Source: Acidobacteriota bacterium (GTDB taxonomy: Bacteria; Acidobacteriota; UBA6911; RPQK01; JAJDTT01). Taken from it: a stretch of DNA of 64,000 nucleotides. The translations under genes were made by a program, and so were the position numbers. The stretch covers positions 3,104,001-3,168,000 of the forward strand of contig CBDCJH010000002.1 of NCBI GenBank assembly GCA_965217775.1. The letters run 5' to 3'. The notes under the pieces are model-generated. The model did not search any database. It was not told where the DNA came from and saw nothing but the letters and a program-made list of their open reading frames with translations. This document shows positions 51,836-63,400 of this stretch, in pieces (position 1 is the first letter of the stretch; each line of letters starts with the position of its first letter).

Positions 51836-53299
51836 GTGACCGGGACGCACTGCAAGACTGCGTTCGTCGGAAGTTCCTTTTCAGGCGTTTTGTTGGCAGC
51901 CATCCTGGCGGCATCCGGCGGCGCCTGCTCGAGTTCGGATCGAAGTGAGATGTCAGAGTCCGATTCTACGGCAGAGGAAACCAGCCTCTCGCCGAAACGA
52001 AGCGACCCGGCCAGCATTCCTGCGGACGGCGGCAACGGCTCGAAACCGATCCGGATCGCCGCCATCGTGACCACCTTCTTCCCCAACAGCCATGCGGGGG
52101 TCATCGTCGACAAATTCCTGCGCGGGTTTCCCACCGACGAGGGCCTGATTCCACCCCGGTCCGTGATCGCCTCATTGTACATCGACCAGATTCACGAGCG
52201 GGATGTGGGCCGCCAGCTCGCCCGCGAGTTCGACATCCCGCTGTACGAGAGCATCCGGGCGGCGCTGACGCTGGGCGGGAACAAGTTGGCGGTGGATGCC
52301 GTGCTGCTGATCGGGGAGCACGGGGACTACCCGCGGTCGGAGTTGGGGCAGGAGATGTTGCCGCGCCGCTATTTCTTCGAACAGATTGCCGGTGTCATCG
52401 GCGAGGCGCGACGGCCCATCCCGGTTTACAACGACAAGCACTTCTCCTATCGCTGGGAAGATGCGGCCTGGATGTACGAGACCGCCAGGACGAAGACCAT
52501 CCCGCTCTGGGCCGGTTCGGCTCTCCCTGTCGTCTGGCGCAGTCCCAACTGGGAACATCTCCTGGATCAGCCCGTGGACCGGGCGCTCGTCATCGGTTTC
52601 CACATGGTGGAGCGGTACGGCTTTCACGCCCTGGAGGTCCTGCAGTCCAACGTCGAACGGCGGCGAGGCGGCGAAACCGGAGTTCGCTCCGTGCAATGCC
52701 TGTCGGGAGACGAAGTGTGGCGGGCCGGCGAAGAGGGCCGATGGTCAATCCCGCTGGCCAATGCAGCATTGAGCCGGATCGAGGATGGACCCGGCGAGCT
52801 GGACCGGAAACAGGTCCACGAGCCCCATGTCTTCCTGGTGGAATACGTCGACGGTCTGGAAGCCGCGGTCCTGATGTTGGGAGACGGTTACGTCCGTAAG
52901 TTCGCCTACGCTCAGCAACGCGGAGCGTCCACCGATGCCCTCGAATACCACATCGCCGGCGGCCCAGCCCGAGCGGCGTTCGGTTACCTCGGCCTCAACA
53001 TCGAGGACTTCTTCGTCTCGGCCTTGGCCCCAAATCCCGTCGAACGAACCCTTCTGACCACCGGCATCCTCGAGGCGGCCATGATCTCTCGAAGCCGGGG
53101 CGGGAAGAGGGTGCAAACCCCCCACTTGTCGTCGATCCGGTACCGGCCGGGAAAAGGAGCGAGGAGGCCGTCGGGTACGCGGCCGAAGGGAGCGAGCGTC
53201 GGCGACTGGATCGTCCACGAGCCCGGCGCCACGCCCGGAGCCCGACCGATTCCCATCACGCGCGACGGCACCGTCAGACGACCCCGACCTTCGAATTGA
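51836..53299 (+). CDS. Hypothetical lipoprotein, Gfo/Idh/MocA-like Rossmann fold
   Basis: VDAVLLIGEHGDYP, YNDKH, YGFHALE. Confidence 0.6.
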   Translation: MTGTHCKTAFVGSSFSGVLLAAILAASGGACSSSDRSEMSESDSTAEETSLSPKRSDPASIPADGGNGSKPIRIAAIVTTFFPNSHAGVIVDKFLRGFPTDEGLIPPRSVIASLYIDQIHERDVGRQLAREFDIPLYESIRAALTLGGNKLAVDAVLLIGEHGDYPRSELGQEMLPRRYFFEQIAGVIGEARRPIPVYNDKHFSYRWEDAAWMYETARTKTIPLWAGSALPVVWRSPNWEHLLDQPVDRALVIGFHMVERYGFHALEVLQSNVERRRGGETGVRSVQCLSGDEVWRAGEEGRWSIPLANAALSRIEDGPGELDRKQVHEPHVFLVEYVDGLEAAVLMLGDGYVRKFAYAQQRGASTDALEYHIAGGPARAAFGYLGLNIEDFFVSALAPNPVERTLLTTGILEAAMISRSRGGKRVQTPHLSSIRYRPGKGARRPSGTRPKGASVGDWIVHEPGATPGARPIPITRDGTVRRPRPSN

Positions 53300-53304
53300 C
53301 GGAG

Positions 53305-53363
53305 AGGGGGACTCTTAGTCCCCCTCTTCATCGCCGCTCCGGAATCGGGGGTTACAAACCCCC
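53305..53363. repeat. REP-like palindrome pair
   Basis: AGGGGGACT-ctt-AGTCCCCCT and CGGGGGTT-aca-AACCCCCG; similar units near 5620-5640 and 60414-60478. Confidence 0.6.
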
Positions 53364-53388
53364 GCCCCCACGCGAAGGGCATGTTAAA

Positions 53389-55419
53389 CGGAACTTCACT
53401 TCCGAAATCCGTCTAATCGTTTGTATGTCAGGAAGATAGACGAAATCAACCTGCCCAATTACTGGCAACAAATCGGGTCGGATTGACGTCGAGCAGCTCG
53501 AAAACCTTCGCCTGCAGCGGCGTCGGCTTGGCGAACATCGGAAACGGATGCTCCGGAGCGTCCGGCAGGGTCACCTGGTTCAGGGTGAGCGTGCCGAGAT
53601 CCGCCAGCAGCGTCCGGAGGCTATGCACGGGGAGCCCCTCAGCCGTTTGCTTGCGCGCGGCCTTAGCTTTCGTGCGCGCGGACACCTTTGCCTTTTCCAC
53701 CGGTGAGGTCCGCAACGCTCGCGCCCCGGGACGATCCTCCTCCTCGAACAGCAGCGGCGCCAGACGCCGCCTCAGGTGCCATTGCAGGTAGTACGCCAGC
53801 AGGCACAGAAAGACGTGCCCGCGCACATGGTCCTCGCTGTAGACGAAGACCGGGCGCAGGGCCAGCTGCGCCGTCTTGAGCGAGCGAAACGCCCATTCGA
53901 CCTGGGAGAGGCTTTTGTACGCCTCCACCGCCTCCGCAGCCCCGATGTCGGAGGCCTCCAAGCTGGTGCGAATGATGTAGATGCCGTCCAGTTGCGCTTC
54001 CGCGTCGATCTTCTCCTGCCGCCTCGACCAGCGGATGTCCTCGTCGGTGACTTCAATCAGGAAGTGTTTGTCCACCTTCTTGCGGCTGACGTCCCGGCCC
54101 ACCCGGCGGTTGATGGCCTCCTGGCCGCGTAGCCGAGCGTGGGGGGAGCGCACGGCGCTGGCGATGGTCTCCAGGATCTTCTCGGTCGCGCACAGCAGGT
54201 CCTCGCGCTTGCGGGCCCGCTCCTGCCGCAAGCGGGGATTGAGGCAGACCAGCAGCCGTTCGCCGGGAAAATCCGGGCTCAGAATCTCCGCGACCCCGTC
54301 CGGAACCAACTCGCCCGGCTGCAACGGCGCCGGTTCCTCGCCCTTCCCGCCCGATTTTGGGGGCCGCATCAGCTTGCGGATGGCGCCCGTTCTCAAGGCC
54401 GAGATCCAGGCCAGACCGGCCGGTGAAAGGTCCTCGCGCAGCCGCGCCGTGGTGAGCATGCCGCGGTCCCCGACCAAGGCGATGGATTCGATGCCGAAGC
54501 GCCCCTGGATCTTCTTGACCTGCGCCGCCACCGTGCTCGGATCCCCGGTGTTGCCCGGGAACACCTCCACGGACAGCGGGCAACCGTCCCCGGCGCAGAG
54601 CAGGCCGAAGACGATCTGCTTCTTACCTTTCTTGCCGTCGCGGTTGTGGCCGAATGCGGCCAGGGAACAGCAGCGCCCCTCGAGATAGCTGGAGGAGACG
54701 TCATAAAGCAAAAGTGTCCGGCCCTCCAGGTGGCGCCGCGCCAAGCTCTTCTCGATCCAGACTTGGCGGCTCAGCAACCAGTCGAGCATCTGAAGCATCT
54801 CGTTGCCGCGGACCGGACCGAGGCCGAGGACGGGGCCGAGGCTGCTGGTGGCGGTCTCCGGAGACAGGCCCCGGGCGGTGGCGAGCTTGGAGGCGGGTTG
54901 GAGCACCCGGGCGACGAGGGCGGCGAGGGCAAGGTCGCGGTTGCGGCTGCGTTTGCGGTGCAGGAGGCGTTCGAGACCGAGTTGGCGGCCAAGACCGAGG
55001 AGGGCGGCGACATGACCATGGGGAAGGGCGCGGCGGATGGCGAGGTCATCGTCGAGGGGGCGATAGACTTGGCCCCCCTTGAGCAGGGCGCGGATGCCGT
55101 CGACGATCTCCGGGGGGAGCTTGGAGAGGTTGGCGAGGGTGGTGCGGCGGATGCGCTTGCCCTCGCGTTTGGCGTGGCGGAAGAGGATGGCGGGTGGGCT
55201 GTTGCGGTTGGGGATGACATCGACGTGGTAGGACATGGTGGAGAGGCCTCTTACATGGAAACAATATCAATCACTTATACTCCTATTATACAAGGAAAGA
55301 CTGACATAATATTCGAGTCCGTACATGGAAACAAATATCCAGTTGTAGGCTCGGGCTAAGGAACCGTAAACTGTGCTATTTCAATGATTTACTATGGCTT
55401 GAGGGGCAGTGAAGTTCCG
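53389..55419 (-). mobile_element. IS1634-family insertion sequence
   Basis: 12-bp TIRs CGGAACTTCACT / AGTGAAGTTCCG; GTTAAA duplicated at 53383-53388 and 55420-55425. Confidence 0.88.
53446..55236 (-). CDS. IS1634 DDE transposase
   Basis: YDVSSSYLEG, GHNRDGK, VGDRGM, YKSLSQVE.AFRSLK, LRPVF, HVFLCLLAY. Confidence 0.95.
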   Translation of the reverse strand: MSYHVDVIPNRNSPPAILFRHAKREGKRIRRTTLANLSKLPPEIVDGIRALLKGGQVYRPLDDDLAIRRALPHGHVAALLGLGRQLGLERLLHRKRSRNRDLALAALVARVLQPASKLATARGLSPETATSSLGPVLGLGPVRGNEMLQMLDWLLSRQVWIEKSLARRHLEGRTLLLYDVSSSYLEGRCCSLAAFGHNRDGKKGKKQIVFGLLCAGDGCPLSVEVFPGNTGDPSTVAAQVKKIQGRFGIESIALVGDRGMLTTARLREDLSPAGLAWISALRTGAIRKLMRPPKSGGKGEEPAPLQPGELVPDGVAEILSPDFPGERLLVCLNPRLRQERARKREDLLCATEKILETIASAVRSPHARLRGQEAINRRVGRDVSRKKVDKHFLIEVTDEDIRWSRRQEKIDAEAQLDGIYIIRTSLEASDIGAAEAVEAYKSLSQVEWAFRSLKTAQLALRPVFVYSEDHVRGHVFLCLLAYYLQWHLRRRLAPLLFEEEDRPGARALRTSPVEKAKVSARTKAKAARKQTAEGLPVHSLRTLLADLGTLTLNQVTLPDAPEHPFPMFAKPTPLQAKVFELLDVNPTRFVASNWAG

Positions 55420-55427
55420 GTTAAACG

Positions 55428-55567
55428 GCAGCCGGACGGAATTGCGGCGGCCGGCGCACGTGGATAGCCTGCTCGAAAGCGTACGCCAGTCGGATGAGAT
55501 TTCCTTCGCGCTAGGCACGCTCGAAGAAGGAGACCCCCACCGGAAGACTGTGGACGAAGCCCGCCGG
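55428..55567 (-). pseudogene. Degenerate copy of the 3' end of the amidase gene (56342-56480)
   Basis: Colinear PAGFVHSLPVGVSFF..A*REGNLIRLAYAFEQA with a TGG>TAG stop. Confidence 0.8.
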
Positions 55568-55760
55568 CAAGATGATGCCCGAGACATACACTGTCCCCTT
55601 CTTGGTTCCTTCTGGGGACCCTCCCTGACATTCCGGCGGGCAAAGAGGGGCTGCCATCCGGCGGCCTCATTTTGTTGAGTCTGCTTCAGTTGGCGAACGG
55701 AGAAATCGGCTGAAGCCCCTTCTTACCATCGTTGTCACGTTTCTGCTCCTGGCAGTCTCC

Positions 55761-56057
55761 TCATCCTGCCAAACTGAGGTCGATCGCTACGAAATCCAAA
55801 AGGACCCTATCGGGCAACCCATCTTCCTGGTCGACACACGGACCGGCGACACCTGGGCTTACGTTGACGTTCTGCTGATAAGCGAAACCCTTATCGACCG
55901 TGACGAGGGCATCGAATCCATGCTCCGCCGGGAGGCGCAGCAACTCCCCGTTCGCGCAACCCGCCCAACCCATCTGCTGCACCGTGCGTGTTTCAATCGA
56001 ACCGGGAAACGACAAGGCAAGCCGCCGTGGGGTGGATTCGTCAAGCAGCACCTTCAT
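55761..56057 (-). CDS. DUF5615-like PIN toxin, C-terminus possibly replaced
   Basis: MKVLLDE, TVQQMGW.G..NGELL, FDALVTVDK...QQN. Confidence 0.75.
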   Translation of the reverse strand: MKVLLDESTPRRLALSFPGSIETRTVQQMGWAGCANGELLRLPAEHGFDALVTVDKGFAYQQNVNVSPGVAGPCVDQEDGLPDRVLLDFVAIDLSLAG

Positions 56058-56061
56058 TGGC

Positions 56062-56265
56062 TTAACTCACCAGTATCATCGTTGCACGTTCGAGCAGTTC
56101 GACGGCCTGCTTCCTCGATACCGTGGGGTAGTCATCCAGGAACTCGTCGAGTCGGTCGCTCGCTTCGAGATGCTCCATCAGTATCCGCACCGGAACCCTC
56201 GTACCCGAGAACACGGGAGTCCCGCCCAGGATGTCCGGGTTCCTGTCGATGAGCTTGTCGGTCAT
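56062..56265 (-). CDS. DUF433 antitoxin
   Basis: PDILGGTPVFSGTRVPV...LDEFLDDYPTV. Confidence 0.9.
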   Translation of the reverse strand: MTDKLIDRNPDILGGTPVFSGTRVPVRILMEHLEASDRLDEFLDDYPTVSRKQAVELLERATMILVS

Positions 56266-56313
56266 GGTTGTCTCCGCCCGTGCATGTCGGTGTCTTGAGT
56301 CAGCGATTTTACC

Positions 56314-57987
56314 CTACCCTTTCGCGCACTGGATCGTCACCGCAGCCGGACGAAATCGGGGGGGCCGGCGCACGCGGGTGGCCTGCTCGAAGGCGTACGC
56401 CAGCCGGATGAGCTTCCCTTCGCTCCAGGCACGCCCGAAGAAGGAGATTCCCACCGGAAGGCCGTGGACGAATCCCGCTGGAACGGTGACGATGGGGTAA
56501 CCCGCCACCGCTGCGCCGCCGGAACTGCCGCCACCGTAACTGTCGCCGTTCACGAGATCCGTGACCCAGGCGGGACCGCCGGTGGGCGCCAGCAGAGCGT
56601 CCAACCGGTGCTCGTCCATCACCCGGTCGATTCCCTCTGTTCGGCTCAAGCGATGGTTCAGGGCCAGGGCATCCCGGTATCTCTTCTCGATCAACGGACC
56701 CTTCGCCTGGGCCTGAATGAAGCGCTCCTGGCCGAAGTAGAGCATCTCTCGATCCGCATTCTCTTCGTTGAATCGGATGAGATCTTTCAGCGACTTGACC
56801 CGTGGCAACCCGCCCAGCCGGGACAGATATGCGTTCAGCCCGGCCTTGAACTCGTAGAGCATGACCTCCAGTTCCGACTCACTCCACTCCCCCCAGGTGG
56901 GAACGTCCACGGGATCGACGACCACCGCTCCCAGGCTCCGCATGGCCCCGACCGCCTCTTCGACGATGCCGTCCGCGGCCGGATGAAAGCCCAGAAGCCG
57001 GCGGACCAGTCCGATTCGGGCTCCGCGGAGCCCGGACCGGTCCAGAAACCGGCTGTAGTCGGTGTGCGACCGCCCCTGGCTCGCCGCCGTGCGGGAATCG
57101 TCGGGATCGACCCCGGTCAGAGCTCCCAGGACGGCCACGGCGTCCGCCACCGTCCGGGCCATGGGTCCTGCCGTATCCTGACTGTGGGAAATGGGAATGA
57201 TCCCGGTCCGGCTGACCAGTCCCACGGTCGGCTTGATGCCCACGATCCCGTTGGCCGTCGAAGGACAGACAATGGAGCCGTCGGTCTCGGTTCCGATGGC
57301 GGCGGAACATAGATTGGCCGAGGCGGCCACCCCTGATCCGGAGCTGGACCCGCAGGGATTGCGATCCAGGGCGTAGGGATTCCGAGTGAGGCCGCCGCGG
57401 CCACTCCAGCCGCTGGTGGAGCGGGTTGAACGGAAGTTGGCCCACTCGCTGAGGTTGGTCTTCCCCAGCAGGACCGCCCCCGCTTCCCGCAGCTTTCGCG
57501 CCACGAAGGAGTCCCGTTCCGGAATCGAACCCTCAAGCGCCAACGAACCGGCAGTGGTCGTCATCCGGTCGGCCGTATCGATGTTGTCCTTGAGCAGTAT
57601 GGGGATGCCGTGCAGCGGTCCTCGCGCACCGGATTCCCGCCGCTCCCGATCCAGGGAATCGGCGCTGGAGAGAGCTTCGGGATTGACCTCGAGGATGGCA
57701 CGGAGCGCCGGACCCTGGCGATCGATCTCGTCGATGCGCCTCAGATATTTCTCGGCAATGGAGCGAGCCGTCTCCTGACCCGACTCCATCCTTCGCTGAA
57801 GCTCCAGGATGGAGATCTCGTCCAGCTCGAAGGGAAAGACGGCCGGCGGCGCCGCCTCGGTTCCGGGGGAATCCTCCGTCCCGCAGCCGGCGGATACCGT
57901 GGCGGCGGCTGTCCCCAGTGCCCCCGCGCCGATGAACTCCCGGCGACTCAGGTTCGATGAAGCGTCTGGGTCGGAGCCGCAGGACAT
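56314..57987 (-). CDS. Amidase-signature family protein, Tat signal
   Basis: SRREF; GPLHGIPILLKDN, GKTNLSEWANFR, GSSSGS, GTETDGSI. Confidence 0.95.
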   Translation of the reverse strand: MSCGSDPDASSNLSRREFIGAGALGTAAATVSAGCGTEDSPGTEAAPPAVFPFELDEISILELQRRMESGQETARSIAEKYLRRIDEIDRQGPALRAILEVNPEALSSADSLDRERRESGARGPLHGIPILLKDNIDTADRMTTTAGSLALEGSIPERDSFVARKLREAGAVLLGKTNLSEWANFRSTRSTSGWSGRGGLTRNPYALDRNPCGSSSGSGVAASANLCSAAIGTETDGSIVCPSTANGIVGIKPTVGLVSRTGIIPISHSQDTAGPMARTVADAVAVLGALTGVDPDDSRTAASQGRSHTDYSRFLDRSGLRGARIGLVRRLLGFHPAADGIVEEAVGAMRSLGAVVVDPVDVPTWGEWSESELEVMLYEFKAGLNAYLSRLGGLPRVKSLKDLIRFNEENADREMLYFGQERFIQAQAKGPLIEKRYRDALALNHRLSRTEGIDRVMDEHRLDALLAPTGGPAWVTDLVNGDSYGGGSSGGAAVAGYPIVTVPAGFVHGLPVGISFFGRAWSEGKLIRLAYAFEQATRVRRPPRFRPAAVTIQCAKG

Positions 57988-58009
57988 CGGTTTCCTCCCG
58001 AATTTAGTT

Positions 58010-60172
58010 CTAGCCGAGGTGCAACACCTTCACTTCGCCGGGCGGCACTTGGACCTTGAAACGTCCGTCCTGCACCGGCACGGTGTGTTCAGCGATCAGA
58101 TCGTGGGCCCCCGAGAAGTTCCATTTGGGTGACAGGCCAATTTCGGCGACGCGGGGCTCCAAATTGAAGAGGAACATCAGCATGCCTTCCTCTCTGGCCT
58201 GGGCCAGTTGCACGATGATCCGGTCCCCCTCCGTACTGACAGGGGAATCGACGCCCAGGGACCGTACCAGCGGAACCAGCACCTCGTCCCGAACGGGACT
58301 CTCGAGTCCTTCCCAGAGCGACAGGGTGATCCAGGTGAAGCGCCGGCCGGATGTCTGCATCCCGACCACCTCTTCTCCATACCAAGCCACCGGGCGGGCC
58401 TGACCCGACAGTTGCAGTCCGATGAAGTTGCACTCCCGGCCGATGGGGAACTCGCCCCTCTCCAGCCGCAAGCGATTGGTCTCGTTGCGGATCTCCTTGG
58501 CCGTGATCCGGCTGTGATCCAGGGTCTTGACCCCCAGCAGCTCGGACAATCCCTCGGGCGGATCGAAACTGAAGCGGCCGTTTTCGGCGTTGGTTCCGAA
58601 CGGTCCGTCGGCCACCAGGCGGGGACCCTCTGCTGCCGTGACGGTGCGCCTGATCTTCTCCACCAGGTCTTCATCGAGGACGGCCGTCCGGGGGAGGTAG
58701 ACCAGCTTGTAGCCGTCCCAATCCATGCGGGGACTGACCACGTCCACCGGTATGTTGTGCTCCCACAGTGTTCGGTAGGTGCCCCTGAGGCTCTCCCGAT
58801 ATTCGGTTCCGGCCTTGCCCAACCGGTGCAGCAGGTCGCTCTTCTCGTGGTAGACGATGGCCATCTCGGCTCTGGGCACCCGGAGCGGAAGGTGGGGCCG
58901 CACCCGTTCCATCTGCCGGATCGTCTTTTCCGCGGCGGCCAGCCGCGGCAACCGGATTCCGCCCAGAGAGACCAGGTTCAGACCCGGCGCCTCGAAGCTC
59001 ATGTACTCGGGCCGGTACTGCCAGAACAGGGCGCCGGAGCCTCCCCGCGCCAGCGCCAGCCACATGTTGGCGCTGATCTCCTCGGGGGTCGTCTGCCGTT
59101 TGTGGTGCATGCCGCCCGGGTTCATCCCGGCGTAGATCTCCTCGTACCACCAGCGGCCGCCCGTTCCGACACTGCGCGACCAGTCGGTGGCGAAGCAGGT
59201 CTCGGCGAAGCGGTAGGGATCGTCACCGCTGAGAAAGTCGTTGCTGCGGGAGGAGAACCCCCAGGAATCGAACTCCCGGGCGCTCAGTTCGTCCCAGATT
59301 CGAGGGAAATGCGCCCCGTGACCGCGAACCTCGTGACGTTCGTCCAGGCTCCGGACCACCTCCACCTGCCACCGGACCTGGTCCCGGAGGTCCTCGTTCT
59401 GGAACTCCTGCCAAAGCATCATCTCCACGATGGCCGAATCGGACCGGGCCGGCTCCACGTCGGCCCAATCCCGATAGCGGCGGTGCAGTTTCCGGTTCAG
59501 TTGATCCAGGCTGAAACGCCGCTTCAGCCAATCGCGGTAGGCAGCGATGGAGTGCTCGCAATAACAGCCCTTGGGAAATCCGTAGTGGGCGGCCGCCGTC
59601 GCCACGCCGTCCCAGACGCTCCACATGATCAGGTTTGGCGCGTCCTTGTAGCGGTCCACCACCGCTCTCAGAATGGCGCCCCCGTACTCCCTCCACTTCG
59701 GGTGGTTGTAGCAGTGCCACTGCCGGCCCTGGGGAGCGGCGTTGCCGGACCGGGGAACCGCGACCTGTCCTTCGCTCGAAACCACACGCATATCGGGATG
59801 ACGGCGCCTCATCCACTCGGGCGCGGCGCCATGGGTGGCCAGCGTCATGTCGAACCAGACCAGGAGGTCGTGCTTGTGGGCCAGCTCGAAGAGCCGGTCG
59901 AAGTCGTCCAGCTCGTATTTTCCGGGCTGAGGCTCCATCCAGTTCCAGTAGGAGAAGGTCCGAACGATGCGCATGCCGGCTCGCCGGATGTCCGCGAAGT
60001 CCTGGTCCCAGAATTCTTGTGGAGGCATGGGAGCCCGGTAGTACTCGGTTCCGAGCAGGAATTCCTTGGACAAACCCGGGCGCTGTTCCCGAGCCGCCGG
60101 AACGGAAACGACGGGCCAGGTCCCAGCGGTCATGGCAGTACTTGAGAGGGCAAGAAACTTTCTGCGATTCAT
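58010..60172 (-). CDS. GH42-like beta-galactosidase, Tat signal
   Basis: NRRKFL; G.EYY, WNWMEPQPGKY..D.FD, GCYCE, trimerisation-domain pattern IPVDVV...YKLVYLP. Confidence 0.8.
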   Translation of the reverse strand: MNRRKFLALSSTAMTAGTWPVVSVPAAREQRPGLSKEFLLGTEYYRAPMPPQEFWDQDFADIRRAGMRIVRTFSYWNWMEPQPGKYELDDFDRLFELAHKHDLLVWFDMTLATHGAAPEWMRRRHPDMRVVSSEGQVAVPRSGNAAPQGRQWHCYNHPKWREYGGAILRAVVDRYKDAPNLIMWSVWDGVATAAAHYGFPKGCYCEHSIAAYRDWLKRRFSLDQLNRKLHRRYRDWADVEPARSDSAIVEMMLWQEFQNEDLRDQVRWQVEVVRSLDERHEVRGHGAHFPRIWDELSAREFDSWGFSSRSNDFLSGDDPYRFAETCFATDWSRSVGTGGRWWYEEIYAGMNPGGMHHKRQTTPEEISANMWLALARGGSGALFWQYRPEYMSFEAPGLNLVSLGGIRLPRLAAAEKTIRQMERVRPHLPLRVPRAEMAIVYHEKSDLLHRLGKAGTEYRESLRGTYRTLWEHNIPVDVVSPRMDWDGYKLVYLPRTAVLDEDLVEKIRRTVTAAEGPRLVADGPFGTNAENGRFSFDPPEGLSELLGVKTLDHSRITAKEIRNETNRLRLERGEFPIGRECNFIGLQLSGQARPVAWYGEEVVGMQTSGRRFTWITLSLWEGLESPVRDEVLVPLVRSLGVDSPVSTEGDRIIVQLAQAREEGMLMFLFNLEPRVAEIGLSPKWNFSGAHDLIAEHTVPVQDGRFKVQVPPGEVKVLHLG

Positions 60173-60475
60173 GGGATAAGCTCCCTCAACGGCCGGCGGT
60201 CCGGCGGATTCATGGGAGGAACCAGTCTGCGATCCTACCCGGCTCGGCTGTCCTCGACGAGATTATTGTCCATTCTGCCTCCTGCCGTGCGCAAACCTGT
60301 CGGCTGAAGATGAAAGAGGGCGCCCACACACAAGGGTCGTCCCTACTTTTCTCACCAGCGCCCCACCGGCCGCGGGTCGACGAAATCCTGAGAGAAACAG
60401 GCGTGGTCCGGAAGCGGGGGTTTTCCTACCCCCGCAACGAGGAAAAGGAAGACGGGGGGACAGGAAAGTCCCCTC

Positions 60476-63400
60476 CTACTTGTTCTTCGGCAGGAACCAA
60501 CTGTAAAGGGCCGGCAACAGCAGCAGCGTCAGGATCGTCGAGCTGACCAGCCCGCCGATCACCACAGTGGCCAGCGGGCGCTGAACTTCGGCGCCGATCG
60601 AAGTTGCCACGGCCATCGGCAGGAACCCCACACTGGCCACCAACGAAGTCATCAGGACCGGGCGCAGCCGCGTCACGGCACCCTCAACGACCGCCTCGCG
60701 AATCGCGCGGCCCCGCTCCAGAAGGGAGTTGGTTGTCGAGACCATCACCAGTCCGTCCAGCACCGCCACGCCGAACACCGCGATGAAACCGATCGAGGCC
60801 GAGACATTCAGGTTCATTCCGCGCAGCCACAGCGCGGCGATTCCACCGACCGTGGCGAACGGAACGATGAGCAGCACCAGCAACGATTGCTTGGCTGACC
60901 GGAACGTGGCGTACAACAGCATGAAGATCACCAGCAGGACCGCCGGCAGGACCAACATCAGCCGCTGCATGGCCCGTTGTTGGTTCTCGAACTGGCCGCC
61001 CCAGGTAATGTAGTAGCCCGTCGGCACCTCAACGGCCGCTTGAATGCGGCGTTGCGCTTCGGCGACGAAACTGCCCATGTCGCGCCCGCGGACATTGCAC
61101 TGCACCACGATACGGCGCTGGCTGTCTTCGCGATGGACGACCTCCGGACCGCTGGCGCGGCGAATCTCTGCCACACGGCCCAACGGAACCTGCTCGCCCG
61201 CCGGCGCAGCCAGCAGAATGCTGCCGAGGGCGTCGCGATCCTTCCGGTAAGACTCGGGCAATCGAACGGCGATCTGAAATCGGCGGCGGCCGTCGATGAC
61301 TTCCGTCACCGCCTTGCCCCCCACCGCGGCCTGCACCACGTCACGCACATCGGAAACATTGAGGCCGTAACGTGCCAGTTCGTCCCGGTCCACCACAACC
61401 TGCCACTCTGCCGCGCCGGAAAAGACCTGCTTCTGGGCGTCGGCGGCGCCGCGCACCTGCCCGAGCACGCCCAGCACTTCGTTGGCCGTATGGTCGAGCA
61501 TTTTCTCGTCGGGGCCGAAGATCTTGACCGCGACGTCAGCCTCCACGCCGGAAATGGTCTCGCCCAGGCGCATCGCCATCGGTTGAGTAAAGTTGTAGAC
61601 GACCCCGGGAATCTTCGACAGTTCCGCCGCCATGGCTTCCGTCAGTCCATCCTTGGTGTCGGCCGTGGTCCACTGCTCACGCGGCTTCAGGTTCACGAAC
61701 ACGTCGCTCTCGTAGACCCCCATCGCCTCCGTGGCGAGGTCGGGCCGGCCCAAGGTACTGACGACGCCGGTCACCTCGGGGAACTCCAGCAACGTCCTTT
61801 CGACTTCGAGCCCGATGTCCACCGACTCGGACACCGAGATGCTGGGAAGCCGAAGTGCCTGAACCAGCATGGACCCCTCGTCGAGGCGCGGCATGAATTC
61901 GGTGCCGATGTAGCGTAGGGAGCCCAGGGGGACGGCGACGAGCGCCAAGCCCATGGTGAGCACAAGCACCCGGTGATCGAGCGCGTAGTTCACGACTCGC
62001 CCGTAGACCTTCCGTGCGCGGTCCATAATGGGCTCTCCGGATTTCTTCGTGCTGCGTCCCAACAACAGCCGGGACGCGGCCGGCACCATTGCCAGGGTCA
62101 GCACCAGCGAGCCCAGCAGTGCCGCGCAGACGGTCACGGCCATGGGACGATACATGCGGCCTTCGAGCCCCTGCAGACTCAAGATCGGGACGTAAACCGC
62201 GATGATGATGGCGACGCCTGTCAGGATCGGCCGGGACACCTGGTGCGCCGCCGAGCGCACCAGGCCCAGGCTCTCGTCCCGGGTCAGCGGCACATCGTGG
62301 TTTGGACGCGCACGCAGACGTCGCACATGGTTCTCGATCATGATCACCGCACCGTCGACGATCATGCCGAAGTCGATCGCTCCCAGGCTCATCAGATTGG
62401 CGGTGATGCCGAACCACCACATTCCCAGAAACGCGAAGAGCATGGACAGCGGAATCACGGCAGCGACGATCAGAGCCGCGCGAAAGTTGCCGAGAAACAA
62501 GAACAGAATCGCCACCACCAGCGCTCCGCCCAGGAGAAGATTGTCGCGCACCGTACGGATGGTCCCGTCGATCACCACCGACTGGTCGTAGAAGGGAACG
62601 ATCTTCACGCCCTCGGGAAGCGAACGGCGAATCCCTTCGAGGGCCTTCTTGACGCGCTCGATGACCGTCTTGCTGTTCTGGCCTCTGAGCATGATCACCA
62701 TACCGGAGACGGTCTCGCCCTTGCCGTCGCGCGTGACTGCCCCTTGCCGCGGCATTCGCCCAACCTTGACTTCGGCGACGTCACGCAGGTAGACCGCGGT
62801 TCCCTCGTGAGCCCTCAGGACGATCGTCTCCAAGTCCCGCTCGCTCCCGACCCGGCCCAGACCGCGGACGGTGTACTGCTCGGAGGCGTGCTCCACGAAC
62901 CCGCCGCCGAAATTGTCGTTGTTGTCCCGAACCCGCTCGAACACGTCACGGAGCGTCAGCCCGCGAGCGCGCAGCCGGTAAGGATCCACCTCGATCTCGT
63001 ACTGCCGCGTGTACCCGCCCCAGGTGTTGATGTCGGCGACGCCCGGCACGGCCCGCAGTTGGTATTTGATCTCCCAGTCGTGGAGCGTCTTCAGCTCCAT
63101 CGCGCCATAGCCTTCCCCTTCGAGCGTATACCGGTACACCTCGCCGAAGGCCGTCGCCACGGGCCCCAACGCCGGCTCGAGGCCGGCCGGAATCCGGCCG
63201 CGCGCTTCGTTCAGCCGTTCATTGACGAGCTGCCGTGCGAAATAGTTGTCTACGCTGTCAGCAAAAACAATGGTCACCAGGGAAAGGCCCAATTTGGAAA
63301 TCGAGCGGACTTCCTCGGTGTCGGGAAGGCCCATCATGGCCGATTCGATGGGGAAGGTCACCAGTTGCTCGACCTCCACCGGCGCCATGCCCGGCGCTTC

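Noticed and set aside
55428-56480. Amidase 3' duplicate (and TonB receptor remnants) as DGR template/variable repeats
   Set aside because: Differences are not adenine-specific, the copy has a stop codon, and no DGR RT or Avd is present
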